Assembly (NCBI RefSeq): GCF_000829315.1
Contig: NZ_AP013028.1
Coordinates: forward strand, 270,001-302,000
Source: Wolbachia endosymbiont of Cimex lectularius
GTDB lineage: Bacteria > Pseudomonadota > Alphaproteobacteria > Rickettsiales > Anaplasmataceae
Length of the DNA: 32,000 nt
Direction: 5' to 3'
The position numbers and the translations under genes were made by a program. Shown here piece after piece: positions 1 to 8,720 of this stretch (positions are counted from its first letter, which is position 1; every line of letters starts with the position of its first letter). The notes under the pieces were generated by a model. That model saw nothing but the letters and a program-made list of their open reading frames with translations, was not told the DNA's origin and made no database searches.

Positions 1-185
1 GGTATGAGTTGGAAATTGCTGGAACTATGGATAAAGAGGAGCGTTTTAACGCGTCTTTTCATTTTTAAAATTTCACACAAAAGCTGAGAGAAACAACAGT
101 TGCGTCTTTTTCGTAAGGGTAGCTGATTTATGGAAAAAGGGAGTGGTAAGGCTCCCAAACTACAAAGACATTCACAGGAGAAAAC

Positions 186-404
186 ATGAGAAAAAAGGTA
201 TTAACTGTAACTTGTCGGTATGAGCTTGATGAGTTAGCAGAGCAACATCTAGCAGACGCTTACGATCTGTTACTAGAATTTGCAGTAAAAAGAAACAATG
301 AAAAGGAGGTAGAAAAAAATGATAATAGTGGCCTTATATGCGAGAGTTTTATCGAAGAACCAAGCGCAGAACAATACAATAGAGAGCCAAATTGCGGAGC
401 TTGA
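186..404 (+). CDS. small hypothetical ORF upstream of and overlapping the recombinase start
   Basis: 72-codon ORF from the track. Its last 86 nt overlap the better-supported recombinase frame that starts at 319. No recognisable motif. Confidence 0.2.
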   Translation: MRKKVLTVTCRYELDELAEQHLADAYDLLLEFAVKRNNEKEVEKNDNSGLICESFIEEPSAEQYNREPNCGA

Positions 405-2046
405 GCGTAAAATTGCAGCAGATAGGCATGAGTTATTAGATGAATATAAATTTAAGGACGATGGCTTTGGCGGATAAAATTTAGAGCGAGATGGTTTAAA
501 AGCGTTACTTAGTAAGGCAGAAGAAGGAAAAATTAATAAGATTTATATTCATGCACTTGATCGTTTGTCACGTGACGGTAGAGATCAAAGAGATGTAATA
601 GATGAATGTAAAAGAGCACAAGTAGAAATAATCTCTTTAGATTGTAAGATTGATAATACTCCATCATCCAATTTGCTAGTGGATGTAAAAGGAGCAGTAG
701 CAAGGCATGAACTTGGACTAATCTCGGAGAGAAGTATGAGAGGAAAACTTCATGCTGCGAGAGAAGGTCGTATCAGTGTAATAGGTAGTGCACCTTTTGG
801 CTATGATCGTATTAAGCATGTAGATAAAGAAAAAATAAAATTTGAAATAAATGAAGAGGAAGCAAAAATAGTGCGAGACCTGTTTAAGTGGGTAGGTCAA
901 GAAAGAATAAGTATAAAAGAGGCCGTAAGAAGACTGAAAGAAAGGTGTATCCTTTCCCCGAGAGGTAAGAGAGTGTGGAATGTATGTACAATTCATAGAA
1001 TATTGAGGAATCGAGCATACAAAGGAGAAGCAGCATATGGTAAGACAAAAGTAGGGCCACTAAGAAAGGAAGTAAGAGCAAGGTGGAAAGTACGCAAAAA
1101 AAAATATTCTGTTTATAATAATAAAGAAAAAGATTGGATAAAAATAAGAGTACCAAGGATAGTTGAGGAGGAATTATTTAATATAGTACAAAAACAACTT
1201 GATGAAAATAGAGAGAGAGCAAGAGTACAACAAAATGGAAGAAAGCATCTATTACAAGGAATAATAGCATGTGGGTATTGCAAATATACTTATTATATAG
1301 CAAGAAATGCTAAGGGAAGCAGATACTATCATTGTACTGGCATAGATGCAAATCGTTTCGGTGGGACCAGGGTATGTAACAGTAAATCAATCAGAGCAGA
1401 GATGCTAGAAATGGTTGTATGGGAAGAAATAAAAAGGGTATTAAAAGATCCAGATGCAATTGCAAAGGAGTATAAACATAGGCTTTTAGAACATAAAAAT
1501 GGGCAACTAAATGATTAACTTGAAAAAGAAAGAGGCAAATTAGAACAAGGTATCAAAAGACTAGCTTATGTTTATGCTCGAGAACACATAACTCAAGAGG
1601 AATATGACCAAGAAGTTGAGGGAATGGAGAAGAGGTTAAAAGCAATTAAAAACCAGCAGGAAAAAATGATTAATAAAAAGGAGATAGAGGAGGAATTAGA
1701 TTTTAGCATAGGTGGCGTAAAAGTCTTTGCCTCTGGGGTTGAATCAGAACTTGATCAAGCAGATTTGGAGACTAAACTTAGTATAATTCTATACTTAGTG
1801 AGAAGCATTAAAATTGACCACGATGATATGCACATAGTGTTTCGATTTCAAGAACTGGCTATGGAAATGCAAGAAAAAAATGTTCAACATTGTATCGTGA
1901 TGCAAAACTCAATGTATTTGGCGTACTATTGTTTAATTTTTCGCACTATGTGCACTGCATGTCTTTTAAAACTACGGGGTTTCTACCCATACAAGCTGAA
2001 ACGCGCTTATAAATCGTTTAAGACATCACCCAACGCCGGATTTTAA
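319..2046 (+). pseudogene. large serine recombinase (resolvase N-domain, recombinase domain, zinc ribbon, coiled coil) inactivated by two in-frame stops
   Basis: ATG at 319 is preceded by AAGGAGG (303-309). A single frame runs 319-2046 and is broken only by TAA at 475-477 and TAA at 1516-1518; track ORFs 565-1518 and 1624-2046 lie in this frame. Resolvase-like N-terminus IIVALYARVLSKNQ. Recombinase-domain motifs GSAPFGYDR and WNVCTIHRILRNRAYKGEA. Cys-rich ribbon CGYCKYTYY..YYHCTG..RVCNSK. The last ~45 codons lie inside a dispersed repeat and are probably not native. Confidence 0.8.
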
Positions 2047-2130
2047 AATAGAGAGTGGAATAACTAGCTACCTCGGGGTTTTATTGTCCTTTTCTTCTGC
2101 TTGGTAAATTTCTTAAATATTATAGCTTAG
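1904..2130. repeat. ~230-bp dispersed repeat, left copy (inverted partner at 31105-31334)
   Basis: By-eye alignment of 1904-2130 with the reverse complement of 31105-31334 is collinear with small indels. Long shared blocks include aaaactcaatgta, gcactatgtgcac, cgtttaagaca, aataactagct and cttggtaaatttctta. Confidence 0.7.
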
Positions 2131-2160
2131 ACTAGTTGCATTTAAAAGCAGCTAAATTGC

Positions 2161-2240
2161 AGCGTTTAAGACATAAAAACGCCAATACTGAAAATAAATA
2201 CCGACTAGGGCTTCTTTTGCTTTTTTTTTCTGCTTAGTTT
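2161..2240. repeat. partial tandem copy of the distal half of the same repeat
   Basis: agcgtttaagacataaaaacgccaa...cttcttttgctttttttttctgctt parallels 2012-2110 and the reverse complement of 31140-31225. Confidence 0.55.
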
Positions 2241-2317
2241 AGGTTATGCAAGAAATCTAATGCCCGTACAGTCACAATAGATCTGGAAGTTTTTATAGAA
2301 CTAAAACTAAAGAAAAC

Positions 2318-2346
2318 TTGCATGTGAACTTATCAAGGTGTAAAAT
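2318..2346 (+). promoter_or_regulatory. sigma70-like promoter candidate for ahpC-trxB
   Basis: TTGCAT (2318-2323), 17-nt spacer, TAAAAT (2341-2346), about 30 nt upstream of the ahpC ATG. Consensus matching only. Confidence 0.4.
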
Positions 2347-2376
2347 TAAAATTATTTTAAAATGAATAGGTAAATT

Positions 2377-2976
2377 ATGAATCTTGTTACAAAATCCGCT
2401 ATTGATTTTACTGCTCCGGCTGTTCTCTCTGACGGAAAAGTAGTTGACAGTTTCTGTCTAAGCAAACATGTAAAAGATAAGTATGCGGTCCTTTTTTTCT
2501 ATCCACTTGACTTTACCTTTGTATGCCCAACTGAGTTGATATCATTTAGTAACAAAATAGAGGATTTTTCGAAACGTGGTGTTGAAGTTATAGGAGTAAG
2601 TGTAGATTCAAAGTTCTCACATCATAGGTGGCGAGAGACCCCAGTTAATGATGGTGGTATTGGAGAGATTAGCTACACTTTAGTATCTGATATCAAAAAG
2701 TCTATATCAAGAGACTATGGAGTATTGTATGATGACTCAATTGCACTAAGAGCAACTTTCATTATTGATGATCAGTTTGTTGTACGTCATCAATCAATAA
2801 ATGATTTACCTTTAGGACGTAATATTGATGAGTTCATTAGAATCGTTGATGCAATTAAACATAACAAAGAGCATGGTGAAGTATGTCCAGCAGGATGGAA
2901 GAAAGGCAAACCAGCAATGCAAGCAAGTGATGAAGGAGTAGCTGACTACCTGAACTCATACAGTGAACAATTATAG
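2377..2976 (+). CDS. ahpC: 2-Cys peroxiredoxin (AhpC/Tsa family)
   Basis: 199 aa. Peroxidatic-Cys motif FYPLDFTFVCPTE and resolving-Cys motif GEVCPAGW. Confidence 0.9.
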   Translation: MNLVTKSAIDFTAPAVLSDGKVVDSFCLSKHVKDKYAVLFFYPLDFTFVCPTELISFSNKIEDFSKRGVEVIGVSVDSKFSHHRWRETPVNDGGIGEISYTLVSDIKKSISRDYGVLYDDSIALRATFIIDDQFVVRHQSINDLPLGRNIDEFIRIVDAIKHNKEHGEVCPAGWKKGKPAMQASDEGVADYLNSYSEQL

Positions 2977-2978
2977 AG

Positions 2979-3929
2979 ATGGGGCAACTTAGTACAAAAG
3001 TTCTTATTATTGGGTCTGGAGCAGCGGGTTATGCTGCTGCTATATATGCAGCACGTGCAAACTTAGAGCCAATTGTAGTAACTGGAATGCAACCTGGTGG
3101 TCAACTTATGATTACTACGGATGTTGAAAATTATCCCGGGTTTATTTCAATACAAGGTCCGGAATTAATGGAGCAAAAGAGGTTGCATGCAGAGAAGGTT
3201 GGAGCAAGAATAATAAATGATGAAATAAAGAGCGTTGAACAACTTGAGGATTCTAATGAATATAGATTTAGGTCTTTTGGTGATATTAATGACTACTACT
3301 CAGATGCAATGATCATTGCATCTGGTGCGCAGGCAAAATGGCTTGGCCTGGAGAGTGAAAAGAAATTTCAAGGTTACGGGGTCTCAGCGTGTGCAACTTG
3401 CGATGGTGCATTTTTTAGAAATAAAGTTGTAGCTGTTGTTGGTGGAGGAAATACCGCCGTTGAAGAAGCAATATTTTTAACCCGCTTTGCCAAAGAAGTT
3501 ATACTAATACACAGGCGTGATAAATTAAGAGCAGAGAAGGTAATGCAAGACAGGCTCTTTAAAAATGATAAAATAAAAGTAGTATGGAACCATACTGTGG
3601 AGCAAATTCTTGGAGAAGAAAATCCAAAGAAGGTTACTGGCATTGCAATTAAATCAATAGAAACTGGAAAGATTCAAGAATTGAAAGTGGACGGAGTGTT
3701 CATTGCAATTGGACATGCACCAAATACAGGTATTTTTAAGGGCTTTGTTGAAATGGATGAGCAGGGTTATATAATTACAAAACCTGGAACAACTTTAACT
3801 AGTAGAGCAGGGGTGTTTGCTGCAGGTGATGTTCAGGATAAAATATATCGCCAGGCAGTAGTTGCAGCGGGGACTGGATGCATGGCTGCGCTTGATGCAG
3901 AGAAGTTTTTAGAGTGCATTGTCAACTAG
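2979..3929 (+). CDS. trxB: thioredoxin-disulfide reductase
   Basis: 316 aa. GSGAAGY FAD motif, redox-active CATCDG, GGGNTAVEEA NADPH motif. Starts 2 nt after the ahpC stop, so likely an operon. Confidence 0.9.
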   Translation: MGQLSTKVLIIGSGAAGYAAAIYAARANLEPIVVTGMQPGGQLMITTDVENYPGFISIQGPELMEQKRLHAEKVGARIINDEIKSVEQLEDSNEYRFRSFGDINDYYSDAMIIASGAQAKWLGLESEKKFQGYGVSACATCDGAFFRNKVVAVVGGGNTAVEEAIFLTRFAKEVILIHRRDKLRAEKVMQDRLFKNDKIKVVWNHTVEQILGEENPKKVTGIAIKSIETGKIQELKVDGVFIAIGHAPNTGIFKGFVEMDEQGYIITKPGTTLTSRAGVFAAGDVQDKIYRQAVVAAGTGCMAALDAEKFLECIVN

Positions 3930-3949
3930 ATTGGAATTTGGAAAATCTC

Positions 3950-3979
3950 TTGACATTTTCTTTATTCTCTTAATATAAT
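3950..3979 (+). promoter_or_regulatory. near-consensus sigma70-like promoter candidate for the ankyrin gene
   Basis: TTGACA (3950-3955), 18-nt spacer, TATAAT (3974-3979), about 33 nt upstream of ATG 4012. Confidence 0.45.
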
Positions 3980-4011
3980 TACATCAATAAATTGTCAGTG
4001 GTAGGGGCAGC

Positions 4012-5277
4012 ATGCCTTTCAGAAGCGATGGAACATATAGTTTTGTCTATGAAGAGTCAAGAGCTAATCGAGTACCAAGTAATCAGAGAACTCCAAAACC
4101 ACTTAGTGCGCTAACAAAAAAGTTATTTGATACTATTGATGATGAAAACCTAGAAGATTTTAAACAAGCTCTGGCAGAAGGTGCAGATGTTAATGCGTTT
4201 GATGAAGAAGGAATGACACCTTTAATGTCTACTGCTAATGCTTACATAACTAGTAATGATCAACCCACATTAGAAAAAATGGCTAAATTGCTTATACAAA
4301 ACAGAAGTATTAATATTAATGCTCAGAGTAAGCAAGCTATATCTGAAGAACAATGGCGGTATACTCGTGATTTTCAGGGTGTTATACTGTTAGGGTTTAG
4401 GCCAACAGCTGATATGCGCAAAGACACAGCCTTACATATTGCTTGTCAAGTTGGGGCTAAAGATATGGTAAAAATGTTGCTCACACACCCGGATGTGGAA
4501 ACTGATGTTAGAAATTGTGAATATAAAAGTCCTGCGAATTGTATTGCAAGAGGATCTGAGGACATAATAAAATTAGAATTTGAAAAAGCGCAAAAAGGAA
4601 AAGAGTTATTAACTGTCCTTCCTGAGGATATTGGCTCAGCGCAAACTCTATTGAATCAAGATTTTAATCCTAACTGTTGGAAAGAAAACCAAAGTGGAGA
4701 AATAGAAACGCCTCTTAGTTTAATTATCAAATCGTGTTTAGAAGGAATAACAGAAGATAAAAAAGAAGTATTGGTTAAGCTTTTGAAACATAAGGAGCTG
4801 GATTTTAGTCAGATAAAGTCAATACCTGCAATAGAACAGCTAGGGGGCATGAATAATATACCAGTGGATTCTACTGAGCAGTTTGTACAAGAGCTTGTAG
4901 AAAAACTTGAAAAGATAAAAGCTCAACCTACAAAGAAGGATAGAAAACTGAACAATACAAGAGAAGAGTCAAATGAGAGGATTCATCGAAAAAGTGATGG
5001 ACGAGCAAATTCTCCAGGCGGAAAACAAAACAACTACGCTCTTACATTTTTTATATTGTCGGGAACATTTGTTGTTGGTGCGTGTTTAACGATAGTGGAT
5101 TATCCAGAGATAAGTGCTGGTCTTGCTGCAGTTGCGCTGGGTCTTTTTTTAGTAGGGTATTTTTTATACAAAGGGGATGAAAAAGACATAGGACCTGGTA
5201 GTGCTACCGATAATCCTCAAGTTACAAGTATTTTTATTTCTTCTCCAAATTCTGCTGAAAATTTTTGTACATATTAA
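4012..5277 (+). CDS. ankyrin-repeat protein with C-terminal two-helix membrane hairpin
   Basis: 421 aa. ANK-like units (EGMTPLMSTANAY; DTALHIACQVGAKDMVKMLLTHPDVETDVRN; ETPLSLIIKSCLEG). C-terminal hydrophobic helices YALTFFILSGTFVVGACLTIV and AGLAAVALGLFLVGYFLY. Confidence 0.8.
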   Translation: MPFRSDGTYSFVYEESRANRVPSNQRTPKPLSALTKKLFDTIDDENLEDFKQALAEGADVNAFDEEGMTPLMSTANAYITSNDQPTLEKMAKLLIQNRSININAQSKQAISEEQWRYTRDFQGVILLGFRPTADMRKDTALHIACQVGAKDMVKMLLTHPDVETDVRNCEYKSPANCIARGSEDIIKLEFEKAQKGKELLTVLPEDIGSAQTLLNQDFNPNCWKENQSGEIETPLSLIIKSCLEGITEDKKEVLVKLLKHKELDFSQIKSIPAIEQLGGMNNIPVDSTEQFVQELVEKLEKIKAQPTKKDRKLNNTREESNERIHRKSDGRANSPGGKQNNYALTFFILSGTFVVGACLTIVDYPEISAGLAAVALGLFLVGYFLYKGDEKDIGPGSATDNPQVTSIFISSPNSAENFCTY

Positions 5278-6169
5278 AAACGTCTTGATAATTTAGGTGA
5301 GTGTAAACTTGGGTAGTTTCCAGGCTTGAGTGGCCAAGCAGTTGTTGTATTGACCTTATGTCAACATTTTCTTGAAGCAAATGAGTGGCGAAACTGTGAC
5401 GGAATGCGTGTGGAGATAGAATTTCTGGCAAATTTAACGTTCTCCTTATCTTCTGCAAACGATTAGCGACGTAAGTTCTTCCCAATTTTTTTCCTCTTAC
5501 TCCCACAAAGAGATATTGTGCTTCATCGTCAATGCCAAGGTAAGGACAAGCTTTTATATATTCTTGTATGCATTTTTTTACTACCGGAAGAATAAATACC
5601 TGCCTTTGTTTGTTTCCCTTACCTGTAATTATTAAATTTTCGCCACTTACATCACTAATCCTAAGACTTAGCGATTCACTAATTCTTAAGCCTGTGCCAT
5701 ATAATAGAACAATAATCGCAACTTCTCTTTTTATTACCCAAGGCTCACCCAAATCAGATAATTTCATTTCTTTTAGTAGAGTTTTTATATCAGATATTGA
5801 TAATGCTTTAGGCAAAGTTTTTCTCTGAATTGGCTTTGACAAGGAAAATACAGCCTCATTATTTATTTCATAGTTGTTTTTTATGTACTTGAAAAAGTTT
5901 CTGACTGCTGACAGTGCGCGAGTGTTAGACCTTGCATTTACGCCTCTTGCATAACGGAAACTAAGCCAGCTTCTTAGCTCAGATATGCTCAATTTTTCTA
6001 AGGAACCAACATTTACTTCTCCACCAATGTGAGCGCTGAGGAAACTTATAAGATCCTTTAGGTCTCTCATATATGATTCTAAAGTGTTAGGTGAGTAAGA
6101 TCTATTGCATCTCAGCCATTCATACCAATTTTCAATGATTGAACCAAGGTTACTTTTTAAAGAAGGCAT
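5234..6169 (-). CDS. tyrosine site-specific recombinase, XerC/XerD family
   Basis: 311 aa. Catalytic-region motifs GLRISE, HAFRHSFATHLL and LLGHSSLETTQVYTHL. The N-terminal SAM-like domain contains SPNTLESYMRDL. Confidence 0.85.
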   Translation of the reverse strand: MPSLKSNLGSIIENWYEWLRCNRSYSPNTLESYMRDLKDLISFLSAHIGGEVNVGSLEKLSISELRSWLSFRYARGVNARSNTRALSAVRNFFKYIKNNYEINNEAVFSLSKPIQRKTLPKALSISDIKTLLKEMKLSDLGEPWVIKREVAIIVLLYGTGLRISESLSLRISDVSGENLIITGKGNKQRQVFILPVVKKCIQEYIKACPYLGIDDEAQYLFVGVRGKKLGRTYVANRLQKIRRTLNLPEILSPHAFRHSFATHLLQENVDIRSIQQLLGHSSLETTQVYTHLNYQDVFNMYKNFQQNLEKK

Positions 6170-7547
6170 CGATACACGCGTCGCGGAAAGCTTCGTTTAT
6201 ATCAGGGTGAGAGTGACAAATTCTATATATATCCTCTGCTGCAGCACCATATGCCATTGCAACTGCTGCTTCGTTAATTAACGTATCAGCATATGCTCCT
6301 ATGATGTGTACGCCCAGCATTGTGTCTGTGGTGCTGCAAGTTAGCACTTTCACGAATCCTTCGGCATCATCAGTGATTTTTGCTCTGCCATTTGCAGCAA
6401 ATTGGCATTTACCAACTTTATACTTGCGACCGGCACTTTTCAGTTCCTCTTCGGTTTTACCAATTGAAGAAACCGCAGGGTGAGTGTAAATGACGGATGG
6501 TATGATCCCATAGTCAACGTGAGGTGACTGCCCTGCTATTGTCTCTGCAACTGCCACCCCTTCTTCTTCTGCTTTATGAGCAAGCATTGCTCCACCAATT
6601 ACATCACCGATGGCAAATATTCCTTTCACATTAGTTTCATACCTGTTGTTAACTTGAATGAAACCACGATTATCTTTCTTTATCTTTTCATCGATACCAA
6701 GACCCTCGGTGCACGGTTTGCGACCTACTGCAACGAGCACCTTATCTGCCTCTATAGTGTTTATTTGGTTATCTTGAGCAGAGCAAACTTTTACACTGAG
6801 AGAATTACTATTTTGTTTTATCTCCTCAACTTTAGTGCTGAATAAGAATTTTATTCCTTGTTTTTGCAGACTAGAAAGAAGAGACTTACTTAATTCTCCA
6901 TCCATTGCTGCAGCGACTCTATCAAGAAACTCTACTACAGTGACTTCAGACCCTAGCCTTTTCCATACAGAAGACATTTCAAGTCCTATTGCCCCAGCTC
7001 CAATTACAACAAGCTTTTTTGGCACTTCAATTAGAGACAACGCACCGGTAGATGAAATGATATTTTTCTCGTCAATATTAATTCCTGGCAAAGAACTAAC
7101 ATCAGCACCGGTTGCAATTACTATATTTTTTGTCTTCAACGTCTTGCCTTCAACTGAAACTTCAAGATTGCCTTGATCAAAAGCGATAATTTTTCCAAGT
7201 CCGTTGATTTTAGTGATCTTGTAAAGGCTGAACAGATATTCTATGCCTTTTCCGAGTTCCTGAACTCTGGCGTCCTTATACCCTAGCATTTCTTTTAGGT
7301 CGAAGCTTGTATCCTTAACTTTTATGCCAAGTTTTGACAGATCATTTTTCGTATGGGCATACTGATAGGAGGAGTGAAGTAAAGCTTTAGAGGGTATACA
7401 TCCAACTCGCAGACACGTACCGCCAAAAATGCTGTTTTTATCTACGCAGGCAACTTTCAATCCAAGCCTTGCAGCAGCAATGGCACACTTATAGCCGCCT
7501 GGACCGCCACCTATAACAATCAGATCATAATCAGTCATAAAAAACAA
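6150..7547 (-). CDS. lpdA: dihydrolipoyl dehydrogenase (E3)
   Basis: GGGPGGY FAD motif, redox disulfide GGTCLRVGCIPSK, C-terminal HSHPDINEA interface motif. The true start may be the ATG at 7538 (MTDYDLIVIGGG). Confidence 0.9.
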   Translation of the reverse strand: MFFMTDYDLIVIGGGPGGYKCAIAAARLGLKVACVDKNSIFGGTCLRVGCIPSKALLHSSYQYAHTKNDLSKLGIKVKDTSFDLKEMLGYKDARVQELGKGIEYLFSLYKITKINGLGKIIAFDQGNLEVSVEGKTLKTKNIVIATGADVSSLPGINIDEKNIISSTGALSLIEVPKKLVVIGAGAIGLEMSSVWKRLGSEVTVVEFLDRVAAAMDGELSKSLLSSLQKQGIKFLFSTKVEEIKQNSNSLSVKVCSAQDNQINTIEADKVLVAVGRKPCTEGLGIDEKIKKDNRGFIQVNNRYETNVKGIFAIGDVIGGAMLAHKAEEEGVAVAETIAGQSPHVDYGIIPSVIYTHPAVSSIGKTEEELKSAGRKYKVGKCQFAANGRAKITDDAEGFVKVLTCSTTDTMLGVHIIGAYADTLINEAAVAMAYGAAAEDIYRICHSHPDINEAFRDACIDAFFKK

Positions 7548-8640
7548 ACCTATTTTCTAAAGAATAAACACCGTTTCCCTCAGTTGTCACATATATCTTA
7601 TCATGGGTAAACACTGGAGTGTGAAACACATTGCCAGGTATTTCAATTGTCTTTCCTGTGTTTTCAGATCCAGGAAAAGCAAACACCAACCCTTTATCAC
7701 TTGTTACCCATAAAGTATGAGCATACATAATTGGAGCAAATAATTGCGTATTTTCTATTAAACCGGACGTCCAGACTGTTTCTCCGTTTTGTATGTCGAC
7801 ACCGATTATTTTATTATCTTTAGTAATTATAAAAGTCCTGCCACCGGCTCTTTGTTCCTTTGCAGGGATGAGAGGACTATAATATGATACAATTTCTGAT
7901 ACACTTTTTACTTGCAGTGACTTTGACCATAGAATGTTTCCTGATTTTACGTCAATACCATAAATATAAGAATTGTTTGTAACTACTAAAATATCACCGA
8001 GCATTCTTGGTGTAGTGGTCACATCTGTGAGCTGTGTGTTCAAAAGGTTTGTAGCCAATTTTTGGCTCCACAATTTTTTACCATCTTCGTTAAAAGCTAT
8101 CAACTCACCATTTGAAAACGGTGCTATTATTTTATCATTGGAAATTGCGGGTGATATGGAATATAAACCACGAACCACATTGATACCATTTTGATAAGTC
8201 CAAACGGAGCTACCATCTTTTATATCAAATGCATACAGATAGTTATCGATGGTTAATACTATCAGTTTATTGTTTGTTACTATTGCTTTTCCTCTTACCG
8301 GAGCTCTCGGTTCTTTTTTCCACTGGACCTCGCCAGTTTTTGCATCTATTGTATGCAGAACGTTATCTACTATAAAGAAAACAATTCCTCTATGGTGCGA
8401 TAGGCTCATGTTACCAATTTTTTTTCTGTGTGGAAGGTGCAATTTCCAATTCAAAGTCCTTGGGTTATCAGCATCAAAGGAATACAAGGTGCCGTGCTTA
8501 TCTGCCAGAACGATACTGTTTTCTGTAAGCACCGGAGCAACATAACCTTGCGATAATTTTTTATCGACTAAGGTTATTCGTTCACTTGCCATTGTGTAAC
8601 TGCTACACAATAACATTATCATAACAATTATTACTTTCAT
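7531..8640 (-). CDS. PQQ-like beta-propeller repeat protein, BamB-like
   Basis: 369 aa. Hydrophobic N-terminal signal (MKVIIVMIMLLCSS). Repeated blades containing G..(L/V)W motifs (GEVQWKK, GSSVWTY, GKKLWSQ, GNILWSK, GETVWTS). Confidence 0.6.
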   Translation of the reverse strand: MKVIIVMIMLLCSSYTMASERITLVDKKLSQGYVAPVLTENSIVLADKHGTLYSFDADNPRTLNWKLHLPHRKKIGNMSLSHHRGIVFFIVDNVLHTIDAKTGEVQWKKEPRAPVRGKAIVTNNKLIVLTIDNYLYAFDIKDGSSVWTYQNGINVVRGLYSISPAISNDKIIAPFSNGELIAFNEDGKKLWSQKLATNLLNTQLTDVTTTPRMLGDILVVTNNSYIYGIDVKSGNILWSKSLQVKSVSEIVSYYSPLIPAKEQRAGGRTFIITKDNKIIGVDIQNGETVWTSGLIENTQLFAPIMYAHTLWVTSDKGLVFAFPGSENTGKTIEIPGNVFHTPVFTHDKIYVTTEGNGVYSLENRFVFYD

Positions 8641-8720
8641 TACTTATTGAAAACAAGACTTATCAATATACATACTAGAAGTGTTAACCACAATGAAAAT
8701 GTTCTCAGTTGAACCAAGAG

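Noticed and set aside
1-68. Possible 3' end of an upstream gene (..YELEIAGTMDKEERFNASFHF*)
   Set aside because: Only 22 codons are visible and no motif is present, so there is not enough evidence to call it.
718-1156. Minus-strand ORFs 718-996 and 884-1156
   Set aside because: Antisense to the recombinase frame, with F/L/Y-rich composition typical of AT-rich shadow frames.
1903-2046. C-terminal ~45 residues of the recombinase ORF as a genuine domain
   Set aside because: This stretch is part of the non-coding 230-bp repeat also found, inverted, at 31105-31334, so it is read-through into repeat DNA.
6301-8545. Plus-strand ORFs inside lpdA and the BamB-like gene (6301-6483, 6576-6845, 6835-7176, 7973-8194, 8249-8545)
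   Set aside because: Antisense to well-supported CDSs, with no motifs.
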